Position numbers and translations under genes: made by a program. A DNA stretch of 64,000 bases from Halorarum halobium (GTDB lineage: Archaea; Halobacteriota; Halobacteria; Halobacteriales; Haloferacaceae): NCBI RefSeq assembly GCF_032116555.1, contig NZ_CP134949.1, forward strand, positions 1,674,001 to 1,738,000, given 5' to 3'. The notes under the pieces are model-generated. The model did not search any database. It saw only the letters and a program-made list of their open reading frames with translations, and was not told the origin of the DNA. Shown piece after piece: positions 1-11,010 of the stretch; the first letter of the stretch is position 1; each line of letters opens with the position of its first letter.

Positions 1-240
1 CTCGCCCCGGTCGAGACTGTTTCGCGGGAGCCCGAACCGACGACGATCGATCGCGGCTTCGCCGCCGTGATCGAGGCGACGGTCGTGGCCTCCCGGCTCG
101 ACGTTTCCGGATACGACACGGGGGAACTGCTCGACCGACTCGCGTACTTCGCGGACGTGGTCGATCGCTGTGGGGGACCGCGCGAGCGGGCGGCCTTCGA
201 GACGCTCTCGACGGCGACCGAGTGGCGGAAGCGCCGGTGA
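1..240 (+). CDS. DUF447-family protein, C-terminal part (truncated by window start)
   Basis: Frame 1 reads LAPVETVSREPEPTTIDRGFAAVIEATVVASRL...YFADVVDRCGGPRERAAF to TGA at 238-240. The RGFAAVIEA.V..SRL and RCGG motifs resemble haloarchaeal DUF447. Confidence 0.7.
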   Translation, partial: LAPVETVSREPEPTTIDRGFAAVIEATVVASRLDVSGYDTGELLDRLAYFADVVDRCGGPRERAAFETLSTATEWRKRR

Positions 241-283
241 GCGTTTCGAACGCTTTTAGTTCTCGTCAGGAGAACCGTTCCAC

Positions 284-481
284 ATGGCGATCAAACCGAA
301 GTACATCAAGCAGCTGGCGAACGTGCTGCTCGAGGAGTACCCCCAGTCGTTCAACCAGGACTTCGAGACGAACAAGGAGAGCGTGGAGACGCTGACGAAC
401 GTCGAATCCAAGGGCGTCCGGAACCGCATCGCGGGCTACATCACGCGCAAGAAGTCCGGCGCGGCCGCGAAGGCGGCGTAA
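284..481 (+). CDS. rps17e: 30S ribosomal protein S17e
   Basis: MAIKPKYIK...DFETNKESV...SKGVRNRIAGYIT is the S17e signature. Confidence 0.97.
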   Translation: MAIKPKYIKQLANVLLEEYPQSFNQDFETNKESVETLTNVESKGVRNRIAGYITRKKSGAAAKAA

Positions 482-623
482 TCGGGTCACCGTTCTCGCT
501 CGTACCGTCGACGGTCAGCGACGGCGTCGACCGGATCCGGCCACGGTGGAGGGCGGTCCGGCCCCGCGACCGCGTCGCGCTCGGGACCGACACCTTGAAC
601 GATGAGGCGGCCCCCGCTCCGCT

Positions 624-1790
624 ATGTCACGACTCGCGGACAGGCTCGGAACCTCCACGCTCGGCGCGTATCTCCTCGCCGTCGGTGCCGGTGTCCTGGC
701 GCTCGTCCTCGGTTCGTTGCTGTTCCCGCGGACGGTGTACGACGGCTTCGTCTGGCACTACTTCTGGGGGCCCGTTCAGGCGGACGCGAACAACGCCGTC
801 TGTGCCGTGCGGGAGGCGGGAGAAACGGTGTATCTGGGGAGCGCGTCGGCCTGCGGGTCGGCGGCCGAGCCGGTCGCGTACCCCGGCTACACGCTCGTCT
901 CCGAGGCCGGCTACGTCATCGTGTTGCTGGTCGCACTCTCGGGGCTCGTGTTGCTCCTCCGGGAACTGGATCTGGGGAGCAGGATCGACTTCTTCTACGC
1001 GCTCGTGCCCTTCTTCCTCTTCGGCGGCGCGCTCCGGGTGCTCGAGGACGCCGACAACGCGCTCGGCGACACGCTGTTCCCGTACCCCTGGGACACGCTG
1101 CTCATCTCGCCGATCATCTACTTCACCGTCTTCTTCATCACGCTCGCCACCATTCTGGTCGCGGTCGCGCTGGTCCAGCGCGACGTCGTCTCGGATCACA
1201 ACCGGGTGGTCCTGTGGACCGGCATCGGCCTGAACGTCCTCACGGTCGGCGCGCTGTTCGTCCTCGGGCTCGGCGGCGTCGGACCCGCGACGTTCCACCC
1301 GCAGGTGCTGCTCGTCGCGCTCGGACTGACGGCGGTCTCGACCGCGGTGGCCTGGTACGGGACGAAGCGGTACGCGCCCTGGGTCCACCACGGCACGGGA
1401 ACGGCCGGCGTCGTCGTCATCGCCGCTCACGCGCTCGACGGGGCCGCGAACGTCATCGGCCTGAACTGGATGTCCGCGCTCGTCTACGGCGGCGGGTTCG
1501 CCCCACGGCCGCCCAGCGTGAACGGGAACCTGATTCCGAAACACCCGGTGAACGCCGGCATCGTGAACTTCGCGCAGGCGAACTTCCCCGACGTGGTGCT
1601 CGCGACGCTGGGCGACGCCTGGCCGTTCCTGATCGTGAAACTCGTCGCCGCGGTCGCCGTCCTCGCCATCTTCGAGGAGGAGATGTTCGAGGAGTCACCC
1701 CGCTACGCGATCATGCTGCTGATCGCAGTGACGGCCGTCGGGATGGGGCCAGGATCGCGTGACCTGCTGCGGGCGACGTTCGGGGTCTGA
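624..1790 (+). CDS. DUF63-family multi-pass membrane protein
   Basis: 388 aa hydrophobic protein with [40 protein letters not shown] and GMGPGSRD motifs. Confidence 0.85.
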   Translation: MSRLADRLGTSTLGAYLLAVGAGVLALVLGSLLFPRTVYDGFVWHYFWGPVQADANNAVCAVREAGETVYLGSASACGSAAEPVAYPGYTLVSEAGYVIVLLVALSGLVLLLRELDLGSRIDFFYALVPFFLFGGALRVLEDADNALGDTLFPYPWDTLLISPIIYFTVFFITLATILVAVALVQRDVVSDHNRVVLWTGIGLNVLTVGALFVLGLGGVGPATFHPQVLLVALGLTAVSTAVAWYGTKRYAPWVHHGTGTAGVVVIAAHALDGAANVIGLNWMSALVYGGGFAPRPPSVNGNLIPKHPVNAGIVNFAQANFPDVVLATLGDAWPFLIVKLVAAVAVLAIFEEEMFEESPRYAIMLLIAVTAVGMGPGSRDLLRATFGV

Positions 1791-1933
1791 GTCGACCGTT
1801 CTTTCACGCCGTCGGCACCACCCAGTTCCCGGGCGGAACCGCTTGCCTGAACCGTGGACGCCCGGCCGGGACGTGTCACTGAACCTACCTCCGTCAGTAG
1901 TGTTTTCATCGTTCTCGGGGTAGTCTCCCGACG

Positions 1934-2698
1934 ATGAGTTCGTTTACCGACTCGGTCGTCGTGGTAACGGGTGCCGGATCCGGGATCGGCCGGACGACTG
2001 CGCTCGAGTTCGCGGATCGCGGCGCGAACGTGGTCGTCGCCGACGTCGATTCCGGCGGCGGCAGGGATACGGTCGAGGCGATCGGGGACGCCGGCGGTGA
2101 GGCGTCGTTCGTGGAGACCGACGTGACCGATCCCGCCGCTGTACAGGAGATGGTCGACGTCGCCGTCGCGGAGTACGGGCGGCTCGACTGCGCGTTCAAC
2201 AACGCCGGAATCGGCAGCGAGCAGATTCCCGTCTCCGAGTACCCCGCCGAGCAGTGGGAGCACATCATCGACGTGAACCTTCTCGGGGTGTTCAACTGTA
2301 TGAAGGCGGAGCTCGCTCGGATGAAACAGCAGGACACGAGCGACGCTATCGTGAACAATTCCTCGGTGCTCGGGAAGGTCGGCTTCGAAAAGTCGTCCGC
2401 GTACACTGCGGCCAAGCACGGTGTCCTCGGGCTCACAAAGTCTGCAGCCCTCGAAAACGGGGAAGCCGGTGTCAGGATTAACAGCGTGTGTCCGGCGTTC
2501 ATCGACACTCCCCTCCTCGAAAAGGGGAACGTCGTGAACGACCCCGAGACGCTCGAGGAACTGAAGGGACTGCACGCGATGAACCGTCTCGGAACGCCCG
2601 CGGAGGTGGCGCAGGCGGTCGTCTGGCTGTGCAGTGACGAGGCATCGTTCATCACTGGTGAGGCACTCGGCGTCGAAGGGGGCTATCTCAGCCGGTAA
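1934..2698 (+). CDS. Short-chain dehydrogenase/reductase (SDR)
   Basis: TGAGSGIG Rossmann motif, NNAG, catalytic YTAAK. Confidence 0.95.
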   Translation: MSSFTDSVVVVTGAGSGIGRTTALEFADRGANVVVADVDSGGGRDTVEAIGDAGGEASFVETDVTDPAAVQEMVDVAVAEYGRLDCAFNNAGIGSEQIPVSEYPAEQWEHIIDVNLLGVFNCMKAELARMKQQDTSDAIVNNSSVLGKVGFEKSSAYTAAKHGVLGLTKSAALENGEAGVRINSVCPAFIDTPLLEKGNVVNDPETLEELKGLHAMNRLGTPAEVAQAVVWLCSDEASFITGEALGVEGGYLSR

Positions 2699-2981
2699 CC
2701 AGCGGCCGAAGACGTGGGGCGGTCCGGGCCGGCTTTCCGCCGCAGTTCGCTGGAGTCCGCACTCGGAGTCCGATACCAATTTCACCCCGCTTCCGTTCGC
2801 CGAATCCGAACGTCCGGTTCGGGAGCAGAGCCAGCGGCTCGTTCCATGCGCGTTTGTCGGACGACGGTCGGACCCGCGACGGTGACGACGTGACCATCGG
2901 GGACGATCTGACCGATCGCGGACGGTAACGGCGTACCCCGTCGTACGCCACCGGGAGAGTGCCGGACGCGTCCGATTTCGC

Positions 2982-4811
2982 CTACTCCAGCACGATGAGG
3001 GGGTCGCCCATGTCGACGCTGTCGCCCTCCGCGACGAGCACCTGACTCACTACGCCGCCGCGGTCGGCGACGACGTCGTTCTCCATCTTCATCGCCTCGA
3101 GCACGCAGACGACGTCGCCCGCGGCGACCTCGTCGCCCTCCGCCACGTCGACCGAGAGGATCGTCCCCTGCATCTCGGCCGCGACGGTCTCGCCGTCGCC
3201 CTCGATGGTGACCGACTCCTCCTCGGACTCCTCGGCCACGTCCGGGCGCTCCATCCGCCCCGACCCGCCACTCGACGGGGTCGGGATGGCGGGCGCGCCG
3301 CGTTCCTCGAGGCTCACCTCGAAGCGCTTCCCGTTCACCTCGACGGTGAAGTCGCGCTCGGTGACCTCCTCGTCGTCGGCAGCCTCGGCGTCGCCAGTGC
3401 CCCACTTCTCCTGGGCCTCGGCGAGGCGGTCGCGGTCGAGTTCGTCGTCGAGGTACTTCGTCGTGTGCTCGCCCGCCAGGAAGCGCTCGTCCTCCAGCAT
3501 CAGGCGGTGGAACGGGACGATCGTGACCACGCCCTCGACGTCGTACTCGGCGAGCGCCCGTTTCGAGCGGTCGACACACTCGGCGCGGTCCTCGCCCCAG
3601 ACGACGAGCTTCGCGATCATCGAGTCGTAGTCCGTCACGACCTCGTCGCCCTGGCGGAGGGCGTCGTCCATCCGGACGCCGATTCCGCCCGGCGGGTCGT
3701 ACGTCTCCAGGCTGCCCGAGTTCGCGGGCGCGAACTCCCGTGCGGCGTTCTCCGCGTTGATGCGGAACTCCATCGCGTGGCCCTCCAGTTCGACATCCTC
3801 CTGTGAGAAGTCGAGTTGCTCGCCGGCGGCGACCCGGAGCTGACGCTTCACGATGTCGATGCCCGTCAGCTCCTCGGTGACGGTGTGTTCGACCTGGATG
3901 CGGGTGTTGACCTCGAGGAAGTAGAAGTTCGTGTCGCCGCCGAGCAGTTCCCCGTCGCGCTCGGGATCCTCCTCGACGAGGAACTCGACGGTGCCGGCGT
4001 TCGTGTAGTCGGCGGCGGCGACGCCCTGCCGGGCGGCCTCGCCGATGCGTTCGCGCAGGTCGTCGGTGAGCGCCGGGGAGGGCCCCTCCTCGATTACCTT
4101 CTGGTGGCGGCGCTGGAGCGAGCAGTCGCGCTCGCCGAGGTGCCGCACGTTGCCGTGGTGGTCGGCGATGATCTGGACCTCGATGTGGCGCGGGTTCTCC
4201 AGGTACCGCTCCAGGTAGACGGAGTCGTTCGAGAAGTACGCCTCGCCCTCACGCTTGGCTGACTCGAACTGCTCGTCCGCCTCGTCGGCCGACTCGACGA
4301 CCTTCATCCCGCGGCCGCCGCCGCCTCCTTCCGCCTTGATGGCGACCGGGTAGCCGTGTTCGTCGCCGAACTCGCGGACCTCGTCGGCCGATTCGGCCGG
4401 GTCGGTCGTGCCGGGGACGATGGGGACGCCGGCCTCCTCCATCACCGTTCGCGCCTTCGTCTTCTCGCCGAGCGTCTCCATCGAGTCGCTGGCCGGGCCG
4501 ACCCACGTGATGCCGTCGGTTCCCTCGACGCGCGCGGCGAAGTCGGCGTTCTCCGCGAGGAAGCCGTAGCCGGGGTGGATCGCGTCCGCGCCGGCCTGCT
4601 CGGCGGCGTCGATGACGGCCTCCTGGTCGAGGTAGGAGTCGGCCGCGCGGGCGGGACCGACGTTGTACGCCTCGTCGGCGTGCCGGACGTGTCCGGAGTG
4701 CTTGTCGGCCTCGGAGTAGACGCCCACGGTGTCGATACCAAGCTCCTCGCAGGCTCGCATCACGCGCACTGCGATTTCGCCGCGGTTCGCGACGAGCACC
4801 TTCTCGAACAT
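2982..4811 (-). CDS. pccA: Acetyl/propionyl-CoA carboxylase, biotin carboxylase plus biotin carrier subunit
   Basis: [36 protein letters not shown], and C-terminal biotinyl motif EAMKM. Confidence 0.95.
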   Translation of the reverse strand: MFEKVLVANRGEIAVRVMRACEELGIDTVGVYSEADKHSGHVRHADEAYNVGPARAADSYLDQEAVIDAAEQAGADAIHPGYGFLAENADFAARVEGTDGITWVGPASDSMETLGEKTKARTVMEEAGVPIVPGTTDPAESADEVREFGDEHGYPVAIKAEGGGGGRGMKVVESADEADEQFESAKREGEAYFSNDSVYLERYLENPRHIEVQIIADHHGNVRHLGERDCSLQRRHQKVIEEGPSPALTDDLRERIGEAARQGVAAADYTNAGTVEFLVEEDPERDGELLGGDTNFYFLEVNTRIQVEHTVTEELTGIDIVKRQLRVAAGEQLDFSQEDVELEGHAMEFRINAENAAREFAPANSGSLETYDPPGGIGVRMDDALRQGDEVVTDYDSMIAKLVVWGEDRAECVDRSKRALAEYDVEGVVTIVPFHRLMLEDERFLAGEHTTKYLDDELDRDRLAEAQEKWGTGDAEAADDEEVTERDFTVEVNGKRFEVSLEERGAPAIPTPSSGGSGRMERPDVAEESEEESVTIEGDGETVAAEMQGTILSVDVAEGDEVAAGDVVCVLEAMKMENDVVADRGGVVSQVLVAEGDSVDMGDPLIVLE

Positions 4812-4956
4812 TCTTGAGGGACCATTCCCGGGTACGCCTACTCAAACCGTCGGTTCGAATCCGGTCCAGCGCGGTGAGTGGCGAAGCGCCGAGCGAGCAT
4901 GACCGGATTCGGGATGGGAAGGGGCTTGCCGGGACCGCGATATGAAGCCGTCCCGG

Positions 4957-5625
4957 TCAGCCGTCGCCGAGCGCCCGCCCCACCAGCGTTCGTTCGGCCT
5001 TCCGGAGGTGCGCGCTCGCCGTCGCCTCCGAGACGTCGAGGGCCGCAGCGACCTCAGCAAGCGAGCCCTCGCGGGGGACCTCGTAGTAGCCCGCGGCCAT
5101 CGCCGTCCTGAGTGCCTCCCGCTGGCGACCCGTCAGATCCGTCCCGACCCCGCCGAGGCGGCGGTCCAGGCTGCCGACGTGGTGGACGGTCTTCCGGATC
5201 GACTCGGGCGTCTCCTCAAGCATCGCCCGGAGGTCGTCGGCTCGCCCCACGATGGTCATCCGCATCCGCGCCCGCTCGTCGTACACGATGGGGTGGGTGA
5301 CGACGAGGTTCCGTTCGGCGAACGCCTGCCGCCACGCACGATCGGCTTCCCGCGTCCGCTGTTCCACGTAGGCGTAGAACCGGCCCCGGTCGACGACGGC
5401 GAGTTCCCAGTCGCGGATCGACTCGACCTCGTCGATCGCGTCCCGATAGGCGTCGACGTCGCCGTGGACGAAAAACAGCGCGTACTCGAGGCGCTCCGTG
5501 TCGTGGAGCTGCCAGGCGACCAGCTCCTCGCGCCGGACGTCGTCGGTGGACGCGAGGAACTGCTGCATCGGATGCCGCATCCACTCGGGCTGGTCGAAGG
5601 TGACCTCGAGCGAGCGCACGTGCAA
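4957..5625 (-). CDS. Bacterio-opsin-activator-type (HTH_10) transcriptional regulator; start codon uncertain
   Basis: C-terminal LTGRQREAL..A...GYYEVPR..SLAEVAAALDVSEATASAHLRKAE is the haloarchaeal HTH_10 signature. Divergent from the P450 gene. Confidence 0.9.
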   Translation of the reverse strand: MHVRSLEVTFDQPEWMRHPMQQFLASTDDVRREELVAWQLHDTERLEYALFFVHGDVDAYRDAIDEVESIRDWELAVVDRGRFYAYVEQRTREADRAWRQAFAERNLVVTHPIVYDERARMRMTIVGRADDLRAMLEETPESIRKTVHHVGSLDRRLGGVGTDLTGRQREALRTAMAAGYYEVPREGSLAEVAAALDVSEATASAHLRKAERTLVGRALGDG

Positions 5626-5700
5626 CAGTTTCGGATGCTATTTAAAGAAGCTAGTGGCTTCGTGAGAACGACGACGGGGGCGGCCCGCCGACGTCCGAGT

Positions 5701-7098
5701 ATGGCCCAGTCAGATGCGACCACGGGCGGGGACGACTCCGGTCGCGACGACGCCGCCGCCACGGCGGACCTCGGCGAACTCCCTCCACCACCCGGGCCGG
5801 ACGGGCTCCCGGTCGTCGGCAACACGTTCCAGTTCCTCGGGGACGTGTGGGCGTTCTACGACACGCTCGCCGACCACGGCGACGTGGTCTCCTACCGCGT
5901 CGCCGGCTACGACTTCGTGACGCTGCTCCACCCGGACCACGTCGAACGGGTTCTGGTCGGCGAACCGGACCGGTTCCGGAAGGGCGACGTCCAGCGTCAG
6001 TCCGGGATCGAACTCCTGGAACGGGGGCTCCTCCTCTCGGAGGGCGAGCAGTGGCGGCACCAGCGGGAGACGCTCCAGCCGATGTTCTACCGGAACCGCG
6101 TCGAGTCGTTCGGCGAAACGATGGTCGAGGAGGCCGTAAGGACCGTCGATTCGTGGGACGACGGGACCGTACTGGAACCTCGGTCGACGTTCTCGGAACT
6201 CACGCTCCGGATCCTCTCGCGCACGCTCGTCGGGGCAGACCTCGGCGACGAGGACGACGTCGTCCGCGAGGCCGCGAGGGCCATCCAGGCCAGATCCGAC
6301 GCCGGCGCGCTCTCCTCGTTCCTGCCCCACTGGCTGCCGACGCCGCGGAACCGCCGGTTCAAACGCGCGACCGCCGAGTTCGACGACCTCGTCTCCGGGC
6401 TCATCGACGAACGGCGCGAGGAAGGGCCGGGCGAACACGAGGACCTGCTCTCCACGCTGGTTGCGGCCGGTGACGCACCGGAGGGACCGTCGGATCGGGA
6501 GATCCGCGACCAGTTGATGACGTTCCTGTTCGCCGGCCACGAGACGTCCTCGCTGGCGCTCACCTACGCCGTCTACGTGCTCACACAGCACCCGGACGTC
6601 ACAGCGCGGCTCGAGACCGAAGTCGACGACGCGCTGGGCGAGTCACCCCCGACGGTCGCGGACGTTCCCCGGCTGGAGTACACCGAACGGGTGATCCGGG
6701 AGACGCTCCGGCTGTACCCGCCGGCGTACGTCCTCTTCCGCCGGACGACCGAGGACGTCGCCTTCGACGGCCACCGCGTCCCCGCCGGGACGGAACTGAC
6801 GCTCCCCGCGTTCCGCCTCCACACCGACCCCCGATTCTGGGAGAACCCGGAGGCGTTCGACCCGTCGCGGTGGGCCGAGTCGGAGGGGAAGCGACCCGAG
6901 TACGCCTACTTCCCGTTCGGCGGCGGCCCGCGCCACTGCATCGGGATGCGGTTCGCGATGCTCGAACTGAAGATACTGCTGGCGACGTTCGTCCGGCGCG
7001 TCGGGTTCGAACTCGTCTCCGACCCGGACCTCTCGTTCGACGCCGCGGCGACGCTCCAGCCGAGCGATCCGCTCGAAGTCAGGGTGACCCGGCGTTAG
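5701..7098 (+). CDS. Cytochrome P450
   Basis: ATG at 5701; PPGP, I-helix FAGHETS, ETLR (ExxR), FDPSRW, and heme motif [12 protein letters not shown]. Confidence 0.97.
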   Translation: MAQSDATTGGDDSGRDDAAATADLGELPPPPGPDGLPVVGNTFQFLGDVWAFYDTLADHGDVVSYRVAGYDFVTLLHPDHVERVLVGEPDRFRKGDVQRQSGIELLERGLLLSEGEQWRHQRETLQPMFYRNRVESFGETMVEEAVRTVDSWDDGTVLEPRSTFSELTLRILSRTLVGADLGDEDDVVREAARAIQARSDAGALSSFLPHWLPTPRNRRFKRATAEFDDLVSGLIDERREEGPGEHEDLLSTLVAAGDAPEGPSDREIRDQLMTFLFAGHETSSLALTYAVYVLTQHPDVTARLETEVDDALGESPPTVADVPRLEYTERVIRETLRLYPPAYVLFRRTTEDVAFDGHRVPAGTELTLPAFRLHTDPRFWENPEAFDPSRWAESEGKRPEYAYFPFGGGPRHCIGMRFAMLELKILLATFVRRVGFELVSDPDLSFDAAATLQPSDPLEVRVTRR

Positions 7099-7352
7099 AA
7101 CCGGTCGGACCGCCCCGTCGCCGCCCAGGCGTCGGTCGGAGCGCCGTCCGGCACGCGCTCCGTGCGGCCCTGGAGCGACTCGGTTCGGCCCGCGAACGCC
7201 CACCGTTTGCCGTCCCAGGTCTCCGCTCCGTCGGCCGACTCCACGGCTGCGGCGGCTTCACGGTCGCGGAGGTGCGCGCTGACCGCGGCCGCGATGGCGG
7301 CGGCCTCGTGATCGTCGGCCGACTCCGGGATGGCGAGGTCGCGGGCGTCCAT
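7095..7352 (-). CDS. pccX: Small acyl-CoA carboxylase accessory subunit (PccX-like)
   Basis: 85 aa; [21 protein letters not shown] and [12 protein letters not shown]; start overlaps the pccB stop. Confidence 0.8.
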   Translation of the reverse strand: MDARDLAIPESADDHEAAAIAAAVSAHLRDREAAAAVESADGAETWDGKRWAFAGRTESLQGRTERVPDGAPTDAWAATGRSDRF

Positions 7353-8902
7353 CAGATGGGGATGTTGCCGTGTTTCTTGTCCGGCAGCGAGTCGCGCTTG
7401 GATTTGAGCATCTCAAGGTCGCTGACGAGCCGCGGCCGGGTTTCGGGCGGTTCGAGCACATCGTCGATGAACCCCTTGTCGGCGGCGGTGTACGGGTTGG
7501 CGAACTCCTCGCGGTACTCCTCGATGAGGTCGTCCCGGCGCGCGTCCGGGTCATCGGCCTCGTCGAGTTCGTCCGAGTAGAGGATGTTCACCGCGCCCTG
7601 GGGCCCCATCACGGCGATTTCGGCCGAGGGCCACGCGTAGTTCACGTCGCCGCCGATGTGCTTGGAAGCCATCACGTCGTAGGCGCCGCCGTACGCCTTC
7701 CGTGTGATGACCGTCAGGAGCGGGACGGTCGCCTCGGAGTACGCGTACAGTAGCTTCGCGCCGTGGCGGATGATGCCGTCGTGCTCCTGGTCGGTGCCGG
7801 GCATGAAGCCGGGGACGTCGACGAACGTGAGGATGGGAACGTTGAACGCGTCACAGAAGCGGACGAAGCGCGCGCCCTTCTCGCTGGCTTCGATGTCGAG
7901 CGTGCCGGCGTTCACGCGGGGCTGGTTCGCCACGATGCCGACGCTGTGGCCGTCGAGGCGGCCGAACCCGGTGACGATGTTCTTCGCGAAGTCGGCGTGC
8001 GTCTCGAAGAATGAGCCCTCGTCGACGACGCGGTCGATCACGTTCGTCATGTCGTAGGGCTTCCGCGGCTGGTCGGGGACGATGCCGTTCAGTTCGTCGT
8101 CGGCGCGCTCGGGGTCGTCCCAGGGGTCGACGCGGGGCGGGTCCTCGACGTTGTTCTGCGGCAGGTACGAGAGCAGGCGGCGCATGTCGTCCAGGGCGTC
8201 CTCCTCGCTCTCCTCGGCGAAGTGGGCGACCCCGGAGGTCGAGCCGTGGGTCGTCGCGCCGCCCAGTTCCTCGAAGGTGACCTCCTCGCCCGTGACGGTC
8301 TTGATGACCTCCGGGCCGGTGATGAACATGTGGCTGGTGTCTTTCACCATGAAGACGAAGTCCGTGATCGCGGGCGAGTACACCGCGCCGCCGGCGCAGG
8401 GCCCCATGATGGCCGACAGTTGGGGGATGACGCCCGACGCCTCGGTGTTCCGGCGAAAGATCTCCGCGTAGCCCGCGAGCGAGCCGACGCCCTCCTGGAT
8501 CCGCGCGCCCGCGGAGTCGTTGAGGCCGACGACGGGCGCGCCGACGTCCATCGCCTTGTCCATCACCTTGCAGACCTTCTCGGCGAACACCTCGCCGAGC
8601 GACCCGCCGAAGACGGTGAAGTCGTGGGCGAACACGAACGTCTTCCGGCCGTTCACCTCGCCGTAGCCGGTGACGACGCCGTCGCCGTAGATCCGCTTTT
8701 CCTCCATCCCGAACGTGTGCGTGTCGTGGGTCCGGAACTGGTCGAACTCGTGGAACGTGTCGTCGTCGAGGAAGTAGTCGATCCGCTCGCGTGCGGTCAT
8801 CTTCCCCTTCTCGTGCTGGCTCTCGATTCGGTCCTCGCCGCCGCCGAGCAGCGCCTCCGCACGTTTCTCGCGGAGTTCCTCGATGCGTTCTTCCATCGTC
8901 AT
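7352..8902 (-). CDS. pccB: Acyl-CoA carboxylase carboxyltransferase (beta) subunit
   Basis: Start MTMEERI at 8902; [46 protein letters not shown]. Confidence 0.95.
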   Translation of the reverse strand: MTMEERIEELREKRAEALLGGGEDRIESQHEKGKMTARERIDYFLDDDTFHEFDQFRTHDTHTFGMEEKRIYGDGVVTGYGEVNGRKTFVFAHDFTVFGGSLGEVFAEKVCKVMDKAMDVGAPVVGLNDSAGARIQEGVGSLAGYAEIFRRNTEASGVIPQLSAIMGPCAGGAVYSPAITDFVFMVKDTSHMFITGPEVIKTVTGEEVTFEELGGATTHGSTSGVAHFAEESEEDALDDMRRLLSYLPQNNVEDPPRVDPWDDPERADDELNGIVPDQPRKPYDMTNVIDRVVDEGSFFETHADFAKNIVTGFGRLDGHSVGIVANQPRVNAGTLDIEASEKGARFVRFCDAFNVPILTFVDVPGFMPGTDQEHDGIIRHGAKLLYAYSEATVPLLTVITRKAYGGAYDVMASKHIGGDVNYAWPSAEIAVMGPQGAVNILYSDELDEADDPDARRDDLIEEYREEFANPYTAADKGFIDDVLEPPETRPRLVSDLEMLKSKRDSLPDKKHGNIPI

Positions 8903-9006
8903 CGCGGACCACCGTTCCTGGACATTCGTTGCGGTGAGGTGTGGCCAGCCACAGGAAAAGGGTTCCGTAACAGGCGGCTTCTCCGGCCACCGTCGACCGG
9001 AGCCGT

Positions 9007-9879
9007 TCAGGCGGTCTGCTCGTCGATGAACGCCTCGACGGCGGCCCACGAGACGTCCGCCCGCGCGCCGACGCATCCGGACGCGATGGCGCCGCAGGCG
9101 TTCGCCACCGCGAGCGCGCCCTCGCCCGTCTCGCCCTCGGCTCTCGCCGCGAGAAAGCCCGACGCGAAGGCGTCGCCCGCGCCGGTCGTGTCGAGCGGGT
9201 CGATGTGGTAGCCGTCGTGGCTGACGGTCCGGCCGTCGCGCCGCAGGTCCGCGCCGTCGGCACCCCGCGTGATCACGAGGTCCGCGTCCGCCCGAACCGC
9301 GTCCATCCCGGCACCGTTGACGAGGGCGGTCGCCTCGCGCTCGTTGAGAAAGAGCAGGTCCGCGAGCGGCAGCGTCCCCGAGAAGTCCCGATCCGCGAAC
9401 CGTCGGCCGGGGGAGAAACTGACCTCGACGCCCGCGGTCCGGCCACGCCGTGCGAGTTCGGCGGCGACCGCGGGCGGCTGGTTCGTGAGGTGGAGCAGGT
9501 CGACGTCGAGCGCGCCGTCCGGGAGGTCCGACGCGCGATACGCCTCGTTGGCCCCCTGGTTCGAGAGCATCATCACCTCGCCGCCGCCGTCGACGACGAG
9601 GTACTTGACCGCCGTCTCGCCGGCCGACTCGACGAGGTGCGTCTCGACGCCGGCCTCGGCCAGTTCCCTGCCCGCGAGCACGCCCGACTCGTCGCTCCCG
9701 ACCGACCCGAACAGCGACGCCTCGTGATCGAGCCCTTCGAGGTTCACGGCGACGTTCGCCGCGCTGCCGCCGCCGGCCTGGTGGTGCTGCTCGATGGTCA
9801 CCTCGCCGTCGGGCGCGGGGAGGCGGTCGACGCGGAGGGTGACGTCCCAGTTGACGTGACCCGCACAGAGCACCTGCAT
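9007..9879 (-). CDS. PfkB/ribokinase-family kinase (candidate ribose-1-phosphate kinase)
   Basis: GGSAANVA and DTTGAGDAF PfkB motifs; directly downstream of the R15P isomerase gene. Confidence 0.85.
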   Translation of the reverse strand: MQVLCAGHVNWDVTLRVDRLPAPDGEVTIEQHHQAGGGSAANVAVNLEGLDHEASLFGSVGSDESGVLAGRELAEAGVETHLVESAGETAVKYLVVDGGGEVMMLSNQGANEAYRASDLPDGALDVDLLHLTNQPPAVAAELARRGRTAGVEVSFSPGRRFADRDFSGTLPLADLLFLNEREATALVNGAGMDAVRADADLVITRGADGADLRRDGRTVSHDGYHIDPLDTTGAGDAFASGFLAARAEGETGEGALAVANACGAIASGCVGARADVSWAAVEAFIDEQTA

Positions 9880-10911
9880 CTACGGGCGCTCCGCTCCCCC
9901 GTCCGGTTCGACGTCGGCCAGACCGGCCCGGTCGTCCGCGCTCGCGGCCGATTCCTGCACCTCCCACGGCCGGGTCGCGGACTCGCCGAACAGTTCGCGC
10001 ATCAGCGTCACGACGCTCTCGGGCGGGAACTGGCCGCTCTCGGTGACGATCGCGTCGAGATATCTGGGCGGCGTCACGTCGAACGCCGGGTTCTCTACGG
10101 TCACCTCGCCGATCTCCGCGCGCTCCTCGGCCGAGATGACCTCCGCCTCGTCGCGCATCTCGATCTCGACCGTGTGGCCGGTGAGCGTGTCCGGGTGGAG
10201 CTTGATCGTCTGGGCGGCGACCATGATGGGGACGCCCCGTTCACGGGCGTTGACGGCCAGCCCCGAGGTGCCGATCTTGTTGATGACGCTCCCGTCGGCG
10301 GCGATGGCGTCCGCCCCGACGACGACGTGGTCGGTCTCGTCGAGGTACCGCCGTGCCGCCGAGTCGACGACGAGCGTCACGGGGACGCCCATCTCGCGGA
10401 GTTCCGACGCGGTGATGTGGCCCTGTCGGCGCGGGCGCGTCTCCTTCACGATGGCCGAGAGCTCCTTGCCCTGTTCGACGGCTGCTCGGACACACGAGAG
10501 CGCGTCCGTCGAGTGACAGTGGGTCAAAATGGTGTCGCCGTCGCGGAGGCGGTTCGCGCCGATCTCGCCGAGTTCGTCCTGGGCCGTGTCGAGCCGTTCG
10601 GCGAAGTCGGCCGCCGCGGTGGTCACTGCTGCCCTCACATCGTGGACGGTGTCGCCCTCCATCCGCCCGAGGACGTACCGGAGCGAGTTGGGGAGCGACA
10701 CCGCGGTCGGGCGCGTGTCGTAGAGGCGCCTGCCCGCGGCGCGCATCGTCGCGCGGAACGCGTCGGGATCGTCGGCGTCGACGGCGCGGGCCTGGGCCGC
10801 GAGCGCGTCCGCGGCCGCGGCCGCGATCGTCGCCGCGCCGCGCGTCTCCATCGTGGCGATGTCCTCCGCCGTCTCCTCGACGGACTCGTGGAGGTCGGCA
10901 TCTCCGGGCAT
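9880..10911 (-). CDS. Ribose-1,5-bisphosphate isomerase (eIF2B-like family)
   Basis: [47 protein letters not shown]. Confidence 0.9.
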   Translation of the reverse strand: MPGDADLHESVEETAEDIATMETRGAATIAAAAADALAAQARAVDADDPDAFRATMRAAGRRLYDTRPTAVSLPNSLRYVLGRMEGDTVHDVRAAVTTAAADFAERLDTAQDELGEIGANRLRDGDTILTHCHSTDALSCVRAAVEQGKELSAIVKETRPRRQGHITASELREMGVPVTLVVDSAARRYLDETDHVVVGADAIAADGSVINKIGTSGLAVNARERGVPIMVAAQTIKLHPDTLTGHTVEIEMRDEAEVISAEERAEIGEVTVENPAFDVTPPRYLDAIVTESGQFPPESVVTLMRELFGESATRPWEVQESAASADDRAGLADVEPDGGAERP

Positions 10912-11010
10912 GACCTCGGCGTAGGCGACGCCGGATAAAGAGTGTCCGGGTGACGGGCGCGGATCCGAACGGAGGGTGGTTTCATTGTCACGTCCCGGCT
11001 ACGGGACGCC

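Noticed and set aside
2699..2981. 280-bp gap between the convergent SDR and pccA genes as a possible sRNA or small gene
   Set aside because: No convincing promoter, coding bias or stable recognisable structure.
4829..4860. TACTC half-site upstream of pccA as a TrmB operator
   Set aside because: The second half-site does not match; it is more likely the TATA-like element.
4942..5700. 718-aa ORF implying an N-terminally extended P450
   Set aside because: The extension is antisense to the HTH_10 gene; the P450 plausibly starts at ATG 5701.
8903..9967. 871-aa ORF implying a PccB fusion; likewise the 606-aa (31198-33018), 863-aa (39181-41772), 638-aa (52827-54743) and 790-aa (55420-57792) ORFs
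   Set aside because: The upstream parts are stop-free runs through other genes' alternate frames; the real proteins begin at internal starts.
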